Translations under genes and position numbers: made by a program | NCBI RefSeq assembly: GCF_036365525.1 | Contig: NC_090404.1 | Span: forward strand, 4,712,001 to 4,776,000 | DNA: 64,000 nt | Origin: Heterodontus francisci | Taxonomy: Eukaryota | Direction: 5' to 3' | The notes under the pieces: generated by a model | What the model was told of the DNA's origin: nothing | Seen by the model: the letters and a program-made list of their open reading frames with translations, nothing else | Database searches by the model: none | Shown: positions 23,945 to 37,249 of the stretch, piece by piece | Position numbering within the stretch: position 1 is the first letter of the stretch | Layout of the letters: each line of letters starts with the position of its first letter

Positions 23945-26490
23945 AGAATCATAGAGTGATAGAGCACAGAAGCAGGCTCTTCGGCCCATCCTGTCCACGC
24001 CGGCCATCAAGCACCTATCCATTCTAATCCTATTTACCACCATATGGCCCATAGCCTTGTATGCTATGGCGTTTCAAGTGCTCATCAAAATACTTCGCAA
24101 ATGTTGTGAGGGTTCATGCCTCCACCAAAATATCAGGCACTGTGTTCCAGATTCCAACCGCACTCTGGGTGGTTTGTTTTCCTCAAATCCCCTCTAAGCC
24201 TCCTGCCCCTTATCTTTAATCAATGCCCACTGGTTATTGACACCTCTGCTGAGGGAAATCGTTTCTTCCTATCTACCCAAACTATGCCCCTCATAATCTT
24301 CTACCCCTCAATCAGGTCCCCCCTCAGACTATCCTGCGCTTAGGAAAACAACCCTAGCCTATCCACTCTCTCTTCACTGCTCAAATGCTCCAGCCCAGGC
24401 AACATCCTGGTGAGCCTCCTCTGCACCCTCTCCAGAGCAATCACATCTTTCCGATAGTGTGGCGACGAGATGTGTACAGAGTACTCCAGCTGTGGCCTAA
24501 ATAGTGTTTTGTACAACTCCATCATAACTTCCCTGCTCTTATATTCTGTGCCTCGCATAATATAGGCAAATATCCCAAATGCCTTCCTAACCACCTTATC
24601 TACCTGTGCAGCTGCCTTCAGTCTTCAGTGATACATGGACAAGTCCGCCAAGGCCCTTGTGACTCTCTCTACTTCCGAGGGACCTACGACACATTGCATA
24701 TTCTCCTGCCTTGTTAGTCCTCCCAAAATGCATCTCAGGATTAAATTATATTTGCCACTGCTCCACACATCTTATCAGCCCATATATATCGTCCTGTAAT
24801 CTAATGCTATCCTCCTCACTATTTACAACACCACCAATTTTCGTGTCATCTACAAATTTACTGATCATACCTCCTATATTCACGTCTAAATCATTAATGT
24901 ACACCACAAACAACAAGGGTCCCAGCCCCGATTCCTGTGGTACACCACTGGTCACAGGCTCCCAATCGCAAAAACAACCCGCAACCACCACCCTCTGCCT
25001 CTTGTCACTAAGCCAATCTTGGATCCAATTTGCCAAATTATCCTGGATCCCATGGGCTCTTATCTTCTTTCCCAATCTCCCTTGCGGGACCTTATCAAAA
25101 GCCTTACTGAAGCCCATGTAGACTACATCAACTGCTTTACCCTCATCGACACACCTAGTGACCTCCTAGAAAAATTCAATCAAATTTGTTAGACACAATC
25201 TCCCTCTGACAAATCCATGCTGACTATCCCTTATTAATCACTGCCTCTCCAAGTGTAGTTTAATCCTGTACATCAGAACACTTTCCAAACGTTTCCCAAC
25301 GACTGGTGATGGACTCATTTGCTTGTAAGCAACTAGTTTATCCCTACTTCCCTTCTAGAATAATGATACCTCATTCACTGTCCCCCAGTCCTCTTGCACT
25401 TCTCCTGTGGCCAGAGAGGTTTTGAAAATTTGTGTCAGAGCCCCAGTAATCTCCTCGCTTGTCTCACAAATCAGCCTGGGATACATCTCATCTGGGTCTT
25501 GGGATTTATCCACTTTTAAGCCCACTAAAACCATTCATACCTCCTCCGTTTCAATGCTAATTTGTTCAAGTATATCACAATCCCCCTCCCTGATCTTTTC
25601 ACCTACATCGTCCTTTTCCAATGTGAACACACATGGAAAGTAATCATTTAAAACCTCACCTACATCTTCCAGCTCCACACACAGATTGATGCTTCGGTCC
25701 TTAATGGGCACTACTCGTTCCCTGATTATTCTCTTGCCATAAATATACTTATAAAACGCTTTGGGATATTCCTTTATCTTGCCCACCCGTGTGTTTTTCA
25801 TGCCGCCTCTTCCCTCTCAAATTTTTTTTTCACTACACCCCGACACTTCCTCTCATCCTCGAGGGCCTCCACAGCTTTCAGCTCTCTGAATATGCCGTAG
25901 GGCTCCTTTTGTTTTCCTTATTCAATCCTCTATATCACTTGACATCTTGGGTTCCCTAGACTTATTGGTCCTACCCTTTACCTTTACTAGAATATGTTGG
26001 CTCTGAACTCTCACTATTTCCTTTTTGAATGACTCTGATATATACTTTTCTGAAAGTAGCTGATCCCAGTCCAATTTGACCAGGTCCTGTTTTATAATAT
26101 TTGAAAGCGGCCTTCCCCCAATTCAGTACCATCATTTCCGGTCCATCTTTGTCCTTTTCCATAACTACCTTAAATCTTACAGAGTCCTATCCCCGAAATG
26201 CTTCCCCACTGACGCTTCTACCACTTTTCCGGCTTCATTTTCGAAGCGCAGATCCTGTATGGCCCCTTCTCTTGTAGGACGTTCTACGTGCTGGCTAACA
26301 AAGATCTCACAGATGCACTTTAAGAATTACGCCCCCTTTAAACCTTTTTCACTGAGACTATCTCAGCTAATATTGTGGAAGTTGAAATACCCTACTATTA
26401 TTACCCTATTATTTTTACACCTCTCTGAGATTTGCTGACATATCTGCTCCGTTACCTCTCCGTGGCTGTTTGGAGGCCTGGAGTGCAGTT
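23945..26490 (-). mobile_element. CR1 LINE, degraded ORF2 plus 3' tail
   Basis: ORFs 24340-24594, 24746-25117 (FSKAFDKVP, SGVPQ, KFVDD), 25535-25801. Confidence 0.9.
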
Positions 26491-26654
26491 GGGGGTACTC
26501 ATTCAAGGAATGCACAAAATTAATATGTAAGTGCAGCAGGCGATTAGGAAGGCAAATGGAATGTTGGCCTTTATTACAAGGGGGTCGAAATACAGGAAGA
26601 AAGAAGTCTTACTGAAACACTGTCTGCATTTTTGGTCTCCACATTTAAGAAAGG

Positions 26655-28030
26655 AATTTTTTATTCGTTACATGGGATGTGGGCGTCGCTGGCCAGGCCA
26701 GCATTTATTGCCCATCCCTAATTGCCCTTGAGAAGGTGGTGGTGAGATGCCTTCTTCAACCGCGGGTAGGTACGCACAGTGCTATTAGGAACGGAGTTCC
26801 AGGTTTTGATGCAGTGACAGTGAAGGAACAGAGATCTCGTTCGAAGTCAGGGTGGTGTGTGGCTTGGAGGGGATCTTGCAGGTGGTGGTGTTCCCAACCA
26901 TTGCTGCCCTTGTCCTTCTAGTTGGTAGAGGTCGCGGCTTTGGAAGGTGCTGTCGAATGAGCCTTGCTGCATTGCTGCAATGCATCTTGTAGATGGCACA
27001 CATTGCTGCCACTGTGCGTCGGTGGTGAAGCGAGTGAATGTTTGCGGATGGGGTACCAATCAAGCCGGTTGCTTTGTCCTTGACGGTGTCCAGATTCTTG
27101 AATGTTGTTGGAGCTACATCCATCCAGGCAAGTGGAGAGTACTCCCTCACAATCCTGAATTGTGCCTTGCAGATGGCAGACTGGCTTTGGGGAGTCAGGA
27201 GGTGAGTTACTTGCCACAGGATGCCTAGCCTCTGACCTGCATTTGTAGTCACGGCTACTCCTGTATGTTTCTGATCAATGTTCACCATCAGGATGTTGAT
27301 AGTGGGGGATTCGGCGATCATAATGCCATTGAATGACAAGGGGAGATGGTTAGATTCTCTTTTGATGAAGATGGTCATTGCCTGGCACGTCGGTGGTACG
27401 AACGTTGCTTGCCACTTATCAGTCCTCACTGGATATTGTCCAGGTCTGGCTGTATTAATACACGGGATGCTTCAGTATATGAGGAGTTGCGAATGGTGCT
27501 GAATATTGTGTAATCATCAGCGAACATCCCCACTTCTGACCTTATGATTGAAGGAAGGTCATTGATGCAGCAGCTTAAGATGGTTGGGCCTAGGACAGTA
27601 CCCTGAGGAACTCCTGCAATGATGTCCTGCAACTGAGAATTTTGACCTCCAACAACCACAGCCATCGTCCTTTGCACTAGGTATGAGTCCAACCAGTGGA
27701 AAAGCTTCCCCCTGATTCTCATTGATTCCAGTTTTACTAGGGCTCCTTGGTGTCGTTCTCGGTCAAATGTTGCCTTGATGTCAAGGGCAATCACTCTCAC
27801 CTCACCTCGAGAGTACAGCTCTTTTTTCCATGTTTGAACCAAGGCTGTAATGAGGTCTGGAACTGAGTGGCCCTGGCGGAACTCAAACTGAGCGTCACTG
27901 AGCATGTTATTGCTGAGCAACTGCCGCTTGATGGCACTGTCCGGGTCACCTTCCATCACTTTACTGATCATCGAGAGTGGACTGATGGTGCAGTAATTGG
28001 CCAGCTTGGTTTTGCCTTGCCTTTTGGGGA
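26655..28030 (-). mobile_element. Second LINE family (CR1/L2 group) 3' portion, inserted into a plus-strand CR1 fragment (26490-26655 and 28240-28665)
   Basis: ORFs 27426-28055 (LDIKATFDR, AGVPQGTVLGP, FADD) and 26785-27429 (HSLHHRRTVAA..YKMHC). Confidence 0.85.
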
Positions 28031-28924
28031 GGCGGTGTCGTAGAGGCATTGTCAATGCACTAGTAATCCAGAAACGCAGGGTATTCCCTTAAGGGAAGGA
28101 GTTCGAATCCCACCATGGCAGAAATTGGACGAAAAGCAAAATACTGCGGATGCTCGAAATCTGAAATAAAAACAAGAAATGCTGGAACCACTCAGCAGGT
28201 TGGGCAGCATCTGTGGAGAGAGAAGCAGAGTTAACGTTAAGGGACACTGACTATGATGAGAGGTTGAGTAAATTGGCCGATATTCTCTGGAGTTTAGAAG
28301 AATGAGAGGTCTTCTAATTGCCAGGGTAGAAGCTGAGAGATGGTTTTCATTGGTCAGGGAATGCAGAAAACTGGGACACAGCCTTAGGATAAGGGGCCAA
28401 TCATTCAGGCGTCAGATGAGGAGAAATTACTGCACTCAAAGCTTTGTGAATGTTTGGAATTCTCTACCACAGAGGGTTGTGGATGCTCCACTATTGCATA
28501 CATTTAAGGCTGGGATAGATAGTTGTTTGGCTTCGCAAGGATTCAAAGGGTATGGGGAGTGGTAGGAAAGTGGCGTAGAAGCCCAAGATCAGCCATGATC
28601 ATTTTAAATGGCGGAGCAGTCTCGATGGACCAGATGATCTACTTCTGCTCCTCTTGCTTGTGTTCTTGTGGGAGCTCCCTTGGGCAGTGGTATTTGGCAA
28701 ATAACCCTCTGGCTGGGTAATCTTTTGCAAGTTTCGATTGGATGCTGCTTTCATGCAACTGATGCACTTAAAACTTGCCTCCTCCCAACTGAATAGAATT
28801 CCGCAAGTGTTGTTGTCGAGAGTTGTTGTCATTTCAAATTTCAGTGAGATCTTTGTTTCACAGCAGAGGCTGTTTATCGGTGTGACAGCGCCCTCTGGTG
28901 AGCACTAATCGGAACTCTCATTCT

Positions 28925-31320
28925 GGAGTTTTTGACGAGAACATCGGAGCAGGAGCAGGCCACACAGCCAATCGAGCCGACTCCGCCATTCAACACGATC
29001 TTGGCAGATCATCCACTTCAACGACTTTTCCCACGCTATCTCCCCTTTATGCCATTGACGTCTAGAAATCATGTTAATGATTGCTTTAAATATCCTCATT
29101 GACTGAGTTTCCACAAACCTATGGGGTAGAGAATTCCAAAGATTCACAACCCTCTGAGTAATGACATTTCTCCTCATCTCTGCCTGAAGTGGTTTCACCC
29201 TTATTTTGAGATTGTGCCCCCTGGTTCTAGATCCCCCAACAAGGGGAAACATCTTACCTGCATCTACCCTGTCTATCCCCTTAAGTATTTTGTAAGTTAC
29301 AATGAGATCATCTCTCATTCTTCGAAACTCTAGAGAATACAGGCCCAGGTTCCCCACTCTCTTTTCAGAAGGCAGTCCTGCCATCCCGGGAGCAAACCTG
29401 GTGAGCCTCGTTGCACTCTCTCTTTGTTAATAATATCCTTCCTCAGTAAGGGAACCAAAACGGCACACAATCCTGCAGGTGCTGTTTAACCGAGGTTCTA
29501 TACAATTGAAGCCAGACTTCACTAGTCCCGTACTCAAAACCTCTTGCAAAAAAATCTAACATGTCATCAGCCTTCCTAATTGCTTGTTGCACCTGCATGT
29601 TCGCTTTCAATGACTTATTGACGAGGACACCCAGGTCTCTTTTACATCTGCTTTTATTTTAGAGATACAGCACTGAAACAGGCCCTTCGGCTCACCGAGT
29701 CTGTGCCGACCATCAACCACCCATTTATACCAATGCTACACTAATCCCATATTTCTACCTCATCCCCACCTGTCCCTATATTTCCCGACCACCTACCTAC
29801 ACTAGGGGCAATTGCTAATGGCCAATTTACCTGTCAACCTGCAAGTCTTTGGCATGTGGGAGGAAACCGGAGCAGCCGGAGGAAACCCACGCAAACACAG
29901 GGAGAACTTGCAAACTCCACACAGGCAGTACCCAGAATTGAACCCGGGTCGCTGGAGCTGTGAGGCTGCGGTGCTAACCACTGCATTATTTAATCTCTTA
30001 CTATTTAAGAAATACTCTGCACATCTATTCCTCCTGGCAAAGTGAATAACCTCACATTTTTCCACATTATGTCCATCTGCCACGTTCTTGCCTACTCACT
30101 AGGTCTCTCCAAATCCCCTTGAAGCCGCTTTGCATCTTCCTCACAACAGACATTCCCGTCTAGTTTTGTGTCATCCACGAACATTGAAATATTACATTTG
30201 GTTCCCATATCTAAATCATTGACATATATTGTGAACAGCTGGAGCCTAAATACTGATCCTCGTTTTACCTCACCAGTCACAGCCTGCTAATGCGAGAATT
30301 ACCCATTTATTACTACTCTCTGCTTTCAGCCTGTTAACAAATCCTTAAACTACTCCAGTATATATTACCTCCTATCGCATGTGCTTTCATTTTGCTGACC
30401 AACCTCCTGTGGCGGACTTTATCAAAACGTTCTGAAAATCCATGTATACTACGTCCATTGACTCTCCTTCATCACTTCTGTTAGTAATATCTTCAAAAAA
30501 CTTCTAAAGTTTCGTCAAACATGATTTCCCATTCATAAAACCATGTTTACTATGCACAGTCTGATCATTATTATCCAAGTGTCCACTTATTACATCCGTT
30601 ACAATACATTCTAGCATTTCCCCAGCACTGATGTAAGACTAACAGGTCCTGTGCTTCCCTGTTTTCTCTCTCCCTCCCTTCTTAAATTGTGGGGTGACAT
30701 TTCTCACCTTCCAATTTGCCGGAAACGTTCCAGAATCTATAGAATTTTGGAATATGATCACCAACACTTCCACTATCTCATTGTTGCCGCTTTTAAAACA
30801 CTGAGATACGAACATAGGAATTCGGAGCAGGAGTAGGCCACTCAGCCCCTCGAACCTGCTACACCATTCAATACGTTCATGGCTGAACTGATTATTGCAC
30901 ATTACCACCTACCCCCGATCATCTTTCACCCCCTTGCTTATCAAGAAGCTATCTACCTCCGCCTTAAACATATTAAAAGACTCTGCTTCCATTGTCTTCT
31001 GAGGAAGAGAGTTCCAAAGACCCACGACCCTCTGAGAGAACTGGGATGAGAGAGGGATATACAATATCAGGTCCCATGGACTTATCAGCATTTAGCCCTA
31101 TTAATTGCTCCAATACAACCTTCTTACTAACACCAAATTCCTTCAATTACTCATTCTCCCTAGTCCCTTGAATCTCTAAAGCTGGGAGATTAATTATACC
31201 TTCCTCAGTGAAGACTGACACAAAGTAAACATTTAGCTTCTCTACCATTTCTCTAATCCCCACTTTAAATTCACTTGAATCTGCCTGTAATGGACCCACA
31301 TTAGCCTGAGCCTAACGAGT
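28925..31320 (-). mobile_element. CR1 LINE split by a V-SINE and a nested CR1 3' fragment (~30810-31040)
   Basis: ORFs 28905-29384, 30092-30280 (FVDDTKL) and 30639-30908. Confidence 0.8.
29651..29984 (-). mobile_element. V-SINE (HE1-like, shark), near full length, with CR1-derived 3' tail
   Basis: Reverse: GCAGTGGTTAGCACCGCAGCCTCACAGCTCCAGCGACCCGGGTTCAA; V-domain GTGGAGTTTGCAAGTTCTCCCTGTG..GGTTTCCTCCCACA; tail GAGCCGAAGGGCCTGTTTCAGTGCTGTATCTC. Confidence 0.85.
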
Positions 31321-31337
31321 ACGATGCAAACCTGAAG

Positions 31338-31837
31338 TACTGCGGGGCTCATGGCGCAGAAATGCAAGGTGATGTTGGAGATCAGGGCATTGCCAATCGC
31401 TAGCTCAGTAATCTTGGCATCTTTTGTCAACATAGAAACAAACCAATTAATGATGTCGGTGTTCCTGTGTACATTCCCTCCATTACGATGAAGCATACAC
31501 TGTGCCGGCTGCCCAGGGTGCTGACTGCACCAGTACATATAAGTGTTAGAATCGTTTCTCTTTTCAAGCTGCACAGTCGTGTGATGTTACTTTTCTCTTC
31601 AATTGTCATTTCAAGGACAGTCTGTTCAATTGTGTCTTGGTGGTTCAATTATAAGAGAATATCATAGTAATAGTCATGATTAGAAGCATTATCATCACCA
31701 CCATCTCAATGAACATAATTATCATCATTTGACCAATAATGAAACCTAGGTTGCAGCAGGGAAAATGCATTTTTGCTTGAAAGGAAACATTACAGTAAAG
31801 TAATTTAATGATGATTAACAGTGTGAGCCTGTTCCAT
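31338..31837 (-). pseudogene. TCR alpha/delta-type V pseudogene (leader 31794-31837, V exon ~31345-31648), reverse orientation
   Basis: Joined frames read QDTIEQTVLEMTIEEKSNITRLCS/..SNTYMYWCSQHPGQPAQCML..WFVSMLTKDAKITELAIGNALISNITLHFCAMSP; degenerate heptamer CGCAGTA at 31338-31344; frameshifted leader MEQ/LTLLIIIKLLY|GTAATG. Confidence 0.75.
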
Positions 31838-32284
31838 ATGATGCTTTCTGAGTCTGTAACTCTGCAGTCTGGAAAATCCGCTGTCTGAGCGAACGCATTT
31901 CCTAACCCACTGACCTTCTAACTCAGCCAGTGCCAAACAGGGAACAGTGACAGCAATCTCTCCATAAACACAGGGGAAGCAAGGCGGCTCAGAGCCAAAG
32001 CAACTGAAGTTTTGCGGGCGGGGCTGCCGCGGGGGCAGTGTTGACACACGGAGGATTCATTTGTAAGGAACTGAATTCATTCATAATGTCTCAATCTGAA
32101 ATTGTATAACTCTACCTGTCTCGAAGAGTTGTTTTACTTGCGAAATTATTGCACATTCGCTACAAGCAGGCTTGCGATATGAAAGACAGAATTATTATAT
32201 TATTTACAAGTTACCGAAATCTTCATCAGTGAAGTGGGTTAAAACTCGGGTGGGAATGTAACGGTGGGAAATGGAATGAAATGT

Positions 32285-32838
32285 TAATAAAAGCAAAATA
32301 CTGCAGATGTTGGAAATCTAATCGGACAAGGTCACAGAAAATAACTGAGCAGCAGGTCATGGACCAAAGGCAGCGGTATGTTACTGGTGTGGTCACATAC
32401 AAGCGTTACTGCAGAGAGGGTGCAAATTGACAGAAAAAGAACAGCCCTGACCCCAAGCACAAGCATGGAAAAAACTGTGAGTAGGCACAATAGAAACAAA
32501 CGAAGCAAATTAAAGTAAAATAAAAGAAACAAATAACAAAGAAAAAAGAAAAAATAACTAAGAATAAAAATTAAAAGGTGGGTCCGTCATGCACTGAAAT
32601 TTTGAACTCATTGTTCAGTCCGGCAGGCTGTCGTGTGCCGAATCGGTAAATGAGATGCTGTTCCTCGAGCTTGCGTTGTCGTTCACTGGATCACTGCAGC
32701 AATCCCAGGACAGAGATGTGGGCATGAGAACAGGGGGTGTATTGAAATGGACAGCAACCGGAAACTCGGGGTCGTGCTTTCGGACTGAGTGGAGGTGTTC
32801 CGCAAAGCGGTCACCCAAACTGCGTTTAGTCTCCTCGA
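32285..32838 (-). mobile_element. Penelope-like element fragment (GIY-YIG end plus terminal repeat)
   Basis: ORF 32615-32818 LGDRFAEHLHSVRKHDPEFPVAVHFN. Confidence 0.8.
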
Positions 32839-32988
32839 CATTGGGGACGGAAGTGACTGTTCAGAGTGGTAGAAATGGACGGGAGAAGAAATTCCAGCCG
32901 GTCGAATAACAACACGGCGCTGTTTCTTCCTTTCCAGTTCTGTAAGGTCGCAGTCTCTATTTCTGAAGTTCAGACTGGAACCGCAGAG

Positions 32989-33462
32989 ATAAAACTCTGC
33001 CTGACACCACTTATTGTCCTGATCACAGGTCGGTACCATTAGAAACTCCCTGCAACATTCGCCAATCATCATTAAATTTCCCATCTCCAGCTGTGGGTCA
33101 CTTTCACTTTATTGTACTTCATCTAACATGCTGTGTGTCCGCTGTTTATTTTCAGAGATGGGTAACAGAGACTCAGGGCTCCAGTAAGAACAAGGAGTTG
33201 GATCAGTAAATTTAGCAATAATCTATAGTTGTTCTGCATTGTTTCACTTGCCAGCTGTAACCTGTTCTGGTATCACCAGTATCCACACCGAGCTCCTTAG
33301 TATCTGTTCAGAACCGATAGTCACGGCAAGAAGGAAACGGCTCCCGGTTTTGAACACTTCAGCGGTAATCTCAACCGGATGCAAGGCACTTTTCTCCTGC
33401 CTATGAAAGGCTTGAGGATCACAGACAACGACTATTATTACTGCACCATAAGACCCACAGTG
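32989..33462 (+). pseudogene. TCR alpha/delta-type V pseudogene (leader 32989-33028 with ATG>ATA, V exon 33156-33455, perfect heptamer, nonamer lost)
   Basis: (M)KLCLTPLIVLITG|GT; CNLFWYHQYPHRAP*YLFRT...LRITDNDYYYCTIRP followed by CACAGTG at 33456-33462. Confidence 0.82.
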
Positions 33463-34339
33463 AATAAGATTCCTCGAGCAGAACACAGGTCGGCATTAAG
33501 GGTGGGCGCCAAGAAAATACATGGGATTGAATCCCAGAGAGTTTGCACAGAAAATGAAGGGAATATGCACTTTTTCCGAGCTGTTTTCTCAGTCAGTGCT
33601 CTCACCGTTGTGAAAGGTAACATTTTTGTAGCATTTGAATCTAGGGTCAAATTCAGATATTCCCAGCTACCTGTTAACAATGACTTGCAGATCTCTGGGA
33701 TGAATAACAGGATCGATCTGTCCAAGTAACATATCCGTCAGGCCACATCTTGCAAAGTTTCTGGAATTGCATTGGTAACAAAAGTGGCTGAATGAAATCA
33801 TCACTTTACTGGTACAAGTTGAACATAAGTGATACCGCACAACGATTTGAAGAGGAGTGGCTACTTATAATGTCCCTGATAGCCTTAGGACTGTAGCAAT
33901 GATGTTCATGGTCGGGAGGGTATTCATTCATACCAGGGCTTGAGAGCAAATCGAATGATTTCACCTTAATTAGAGAGAGATCTATTTCTCATATAACATA
34001 AAGATATCCAGTTAGACAACAATGGAGACAATGTGAGAAAGAAGCAGAAAGACTGCCAACGAGATAAACAACAAGTGACTGAGACAGGGAGAAAGACGCA
34101 CAAACGTATTCAGGGAAGAAAGTATTGGTGAGACAAAGCAGTAATTAGTACTCAACGAACCTGATTGGTTCACAGCTAACATAATATCTGAGCCACCAGC
34201 CAACGTAACCCAGAGAAACACCCGTCCGTTTTCCAATAAGTGAATTCTGCCTCGATCAAAGGTCATTCTTCAATATCGGATTGGAAAATTAACAATTAAA
34301 GCATTCTGCTATTTTCAGTCGAACGCTAAACCAGACAGC

Positions 34340-34806
34340 ATGTGCTTCCTACGTTTCTTACTGATGATACTGGTCTTGTTGTCCGGTGAACCTATGTTTA
34401 AATGATCAGTGTGTCCTCCATTGGTTATATTCAGTCTTTTGATTTTGACTTCTGTGTATTGTTACAGGAATGAGTGGTGACGATTCAGTGTCCCTGGACC
34501 CACTTGAATTAACGGTTCAGGAAAGACGGGTGGTAATTCTGAACTTTAGTTACACGACAGCGTAGCCTGACTTAAATCTCTTCTGGTACATGCAGTATCT
34601 GAGGGAAGCTCCGAGATTTTACTGAGAACATGCGGCATGATAAAGGGGGATAAATCTCCAGATTTTCCGGATTCTGGTGAATTGGATAAAGACAAGAAAA
34701 CAGTTCCTTCAAAGGTCGACGGGGCTCTTGTCTCTGACTCTGCGGTGCGTTACTGTGTCCTCCGCCCCACACTGTCAGAGGAGCGCAGTAAGTCAGTACA
34801 AACATG
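34340..34806 (+). pseudogene. TCR alpha/delta-type V pseudogene (leader 34340-34385, V exon 34468-34767, 23-RSS)
   Basis: MCFLRFLLMILVLLSG|GT..AG|GMSGDDSVSLDPLELTVQERRVVILNFSYTTA*PDLNLFWYMQYLREAPRF/../SGELDKDKKTVPSKVDGALVSDSAVRYCVLRP; CACACTG 34768-34774, 23 nt, ACAAACATG 34798-34806. Confidence 0.88.
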
Positions 34807-36106
34807 GCAAAGGACTCTCACCTCCTCTCACTGAATCTGGATTGTTATCTGATAATGGAACACAAACCAAACTATGGAGGGAAACACATGGGTCAATTTA
34901 TAGATGGGTAGTTCATTAAACAGTTAGAAAGATAAATGGACAGTCTCCCCGCCTTCACTTTCTCATTCAATGATCACTTCCTCCTTTGTTTTGAAAGTAT
35001 CCAGCTGCTGCAGACAAACGCCTGTGAATTCCGGCTGTGGAGTCTGTGAGTATAAAGCTCAGTGTGTTTCACAGCTCAGTAAGGGGTTGGTTCTTGTTCG
35101 TTTGGGAGCTGAATGATGAGATAGTTGGACATTAGCACTTCAGTCATCACTCCGATTGCCCGACTGCAACATAACCAAGAGGTGGATCGGATCATGAAGA
35201 ATATAAAACAGTTAACTCTGGATATAACTTTAAATTAAACTGCGGAATTATAGCTTAGGGACACGGGTTCAAACTATGAAAGGTCATTTCAGGACCGGTA
35301 TCAGGAAATTCTTCAGCAATCAATGCGTGGAATCAAGTTCCAGATGCAACAGAAGATGGTCAAACCTGGGAATAATTTCATTAAATGATGGATATTCCAA
35401 TGGCGAAGATAGGAGCAGGATGGGGTTGGAGGCATGTTGGTGTTAGACAGTCTATCCTAAGAGTGGCAGAATTCCAACTCCCGCCCTGCATGATCCTGTG
35501 ATCTTGTGATCAATCGCAGGAGTCGGCAATTTCTTTTGGACATGCAGTCGCTTGTAGTCACCAGCAGAGGGCACTAAATGTCTTCACTGTGTTGGTGTCA
35601 ATGTGGAAGCGACTGCAGCTTCAGTATTGAGTAACTTTACTGAAGAAGCGGATTGAAGAAAAGTTTCGGTAACAGAACCATTCATTTCAAATGGAAGTTG
35701 TTTTTATCAATGTCATGATGAAGGAATAAAATATTATTACTAATGGCGATATTCTGCATTTTTTAACAAGCAGATCACCACAGAATCACTCAGTCCATTT
35801 GTTGCGACACTCCGCCACTCTCCTCAAAGCTGTTAATTATTCCCTATTGCATTCAAGTAAAAGGCGCTGGCTGTCTCGTTTATCTGCAGAACAACTGCAA
35901 ACTTGTTATGCTGGCTGTGGAAATTCTAATGAGCAGTACACAGCTCTTCTCGTGGAATTCAATGGCACAGATGCCAGGACAACATGAATTATTTTCCTCA
36001 TGCACCAGCCTCACAGACTGGCTCTGTTAAAGGGCCAACATTGAGTTTTAACCCCGTCCAGTTCCCTGTTGTGAGAGCAATTTCATTGGACTCCATGTTC
36101 ACTGCT

Positions 36107-36260
36107 CTGATGTCATCAATTCTGGATGAAAGGACCGAAGAGCTGATTGGATGAATTGCAATACTAATGCGCTGAGTGCTGATTGGATGAACTGGAGAAT
36201 AAAGGATTTGTGATCTGATTGGACGAATTAAACAACAAAGGACCCGTGAGTTGACTGGAT
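36107..36260 (+). promoter_or_regulatory. V promoter: CRE-like TGATGTCA plus inverted CCAAT boxes on a 36-bp period
   Basis: CTGATGTC 36107; CTGATTGG at 36143, 36179 and 36215; TTGACTGG 36251; lies immediately upstream of a V leader. Confidence 0.55.
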
Positions 36261-36336
36261 GTCACCTGCTGTCCATGCCAGCAATGGACCTATTGGGAGA
36301 AAGGCTGGATATCGAACAGCATCTTCTAAAGGCCTG

Positions 36337-37249
36337 ATGAAAACAATTCCAGCTTCAATCAGTTCAGTTCATATCAGCCCACAACTGTCTGAAAACATCT
36401 TGGATGTTACTTTATATTTATTCCTCACAGCTGCAGCTCTCTCAACTGGTAAGTTCACAATTTACACAAGGCCGTCTTTCACATCTTGATCATATAGTTC
36501 ATCGGTCTGTTCCCTGAAGACAAGGGTAACAATCGATTGATCAGAAGTGAACAAAGCAATCCGGATCTACCTTGAGTCTGAACACTGTTTGAGCAAACTC
36601 GACAAGCTCCCCCAATAAGAGAAATTTGAAGAGTTGAGCTGAGATTACAGGGGAATGGCTGACAGACATGTTCCTCCCCACCAGGGCTAATGACAGACAC
36701 CGATACACACACGAGTCTTACACCCACAGGTCGTTTGTCGGCTTCCCTTTACAGTCGATCCCAGCACCTTCCTGTTGCAGCTTCTGAACTGTGGAAAGTG
36801 TATTTGTGTTTACCTGTCCTGATTTCTCAGTTAAGTATTGGGGCTAACGGGCTGATTCTGGGAGATAGACGTTGGTTAATTTAATATTGCTCTGTTCTTG
36901 CAGGACATTGTCGAGGAGACTCCATTTCACAGTAACCAGCTGTAATCATAGTAAGTGAAGGAGACGATGTTCGGTTGCACTGTGATTATACAGCTACAAG
37001 CAGCAGCAATCCTTACCTATTCTGGTACCGTCAGTATGCCAGTGGATACATGGAATATCTGCTGCAAAGAAACAAATACAGTGAGGACCGAGAAAGATTT
37101 CCAGAGGACCGTTTTTCAGCGGAGCTCGATGATTCGATCCGAACCGTCCCGCTGAAAGAATCTAAAACAGAACTGACAGACTCTGCGGTGTACTACTGTG
37201 CACTGAGACCCACAGAGACACAGAGCTGGGCTGATCCTGTACAAAAACT
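36337..37249 (+). pseudogene. TCR alpha/delta-type V, nearly intact (leader ending 36448, V exon 36904-37210, one in-frame TAA at 36933-36935, 23-RSS)
   Basis: ..LYLFLTAAALSTG|GTAAG; GHCRGDSISQ*PAVIIVSEGDDVRLHCDYTATSSSNPYLFWYRQYASGYMEYLLQR..DRFSAELDDSIRTVPLKESKTELTDSAVYYCALRP; CACAGAG 37211-37217, 23 nt, ACAAAAACT 37241-37249. Confidence 0.92.

Noticed and set aside
28670-28900. Possible V remnant (WY and AVYRC strings)
   Set aside because: Motifs are in different frames, with no other V framework and no heptamer
32841-32872. J-like GTEVTVQS|GT string
   Set aside because: No FGxG/WGxG motif or RSS; better explained as an ETS site (CGGAAGT) in the promoter of the V at 32989
35770-36030. Open stretch with ITQS and QMPGQ words
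   Set aside because: Lacks Cys/Trp spacing, YYC and RSS of a V exon
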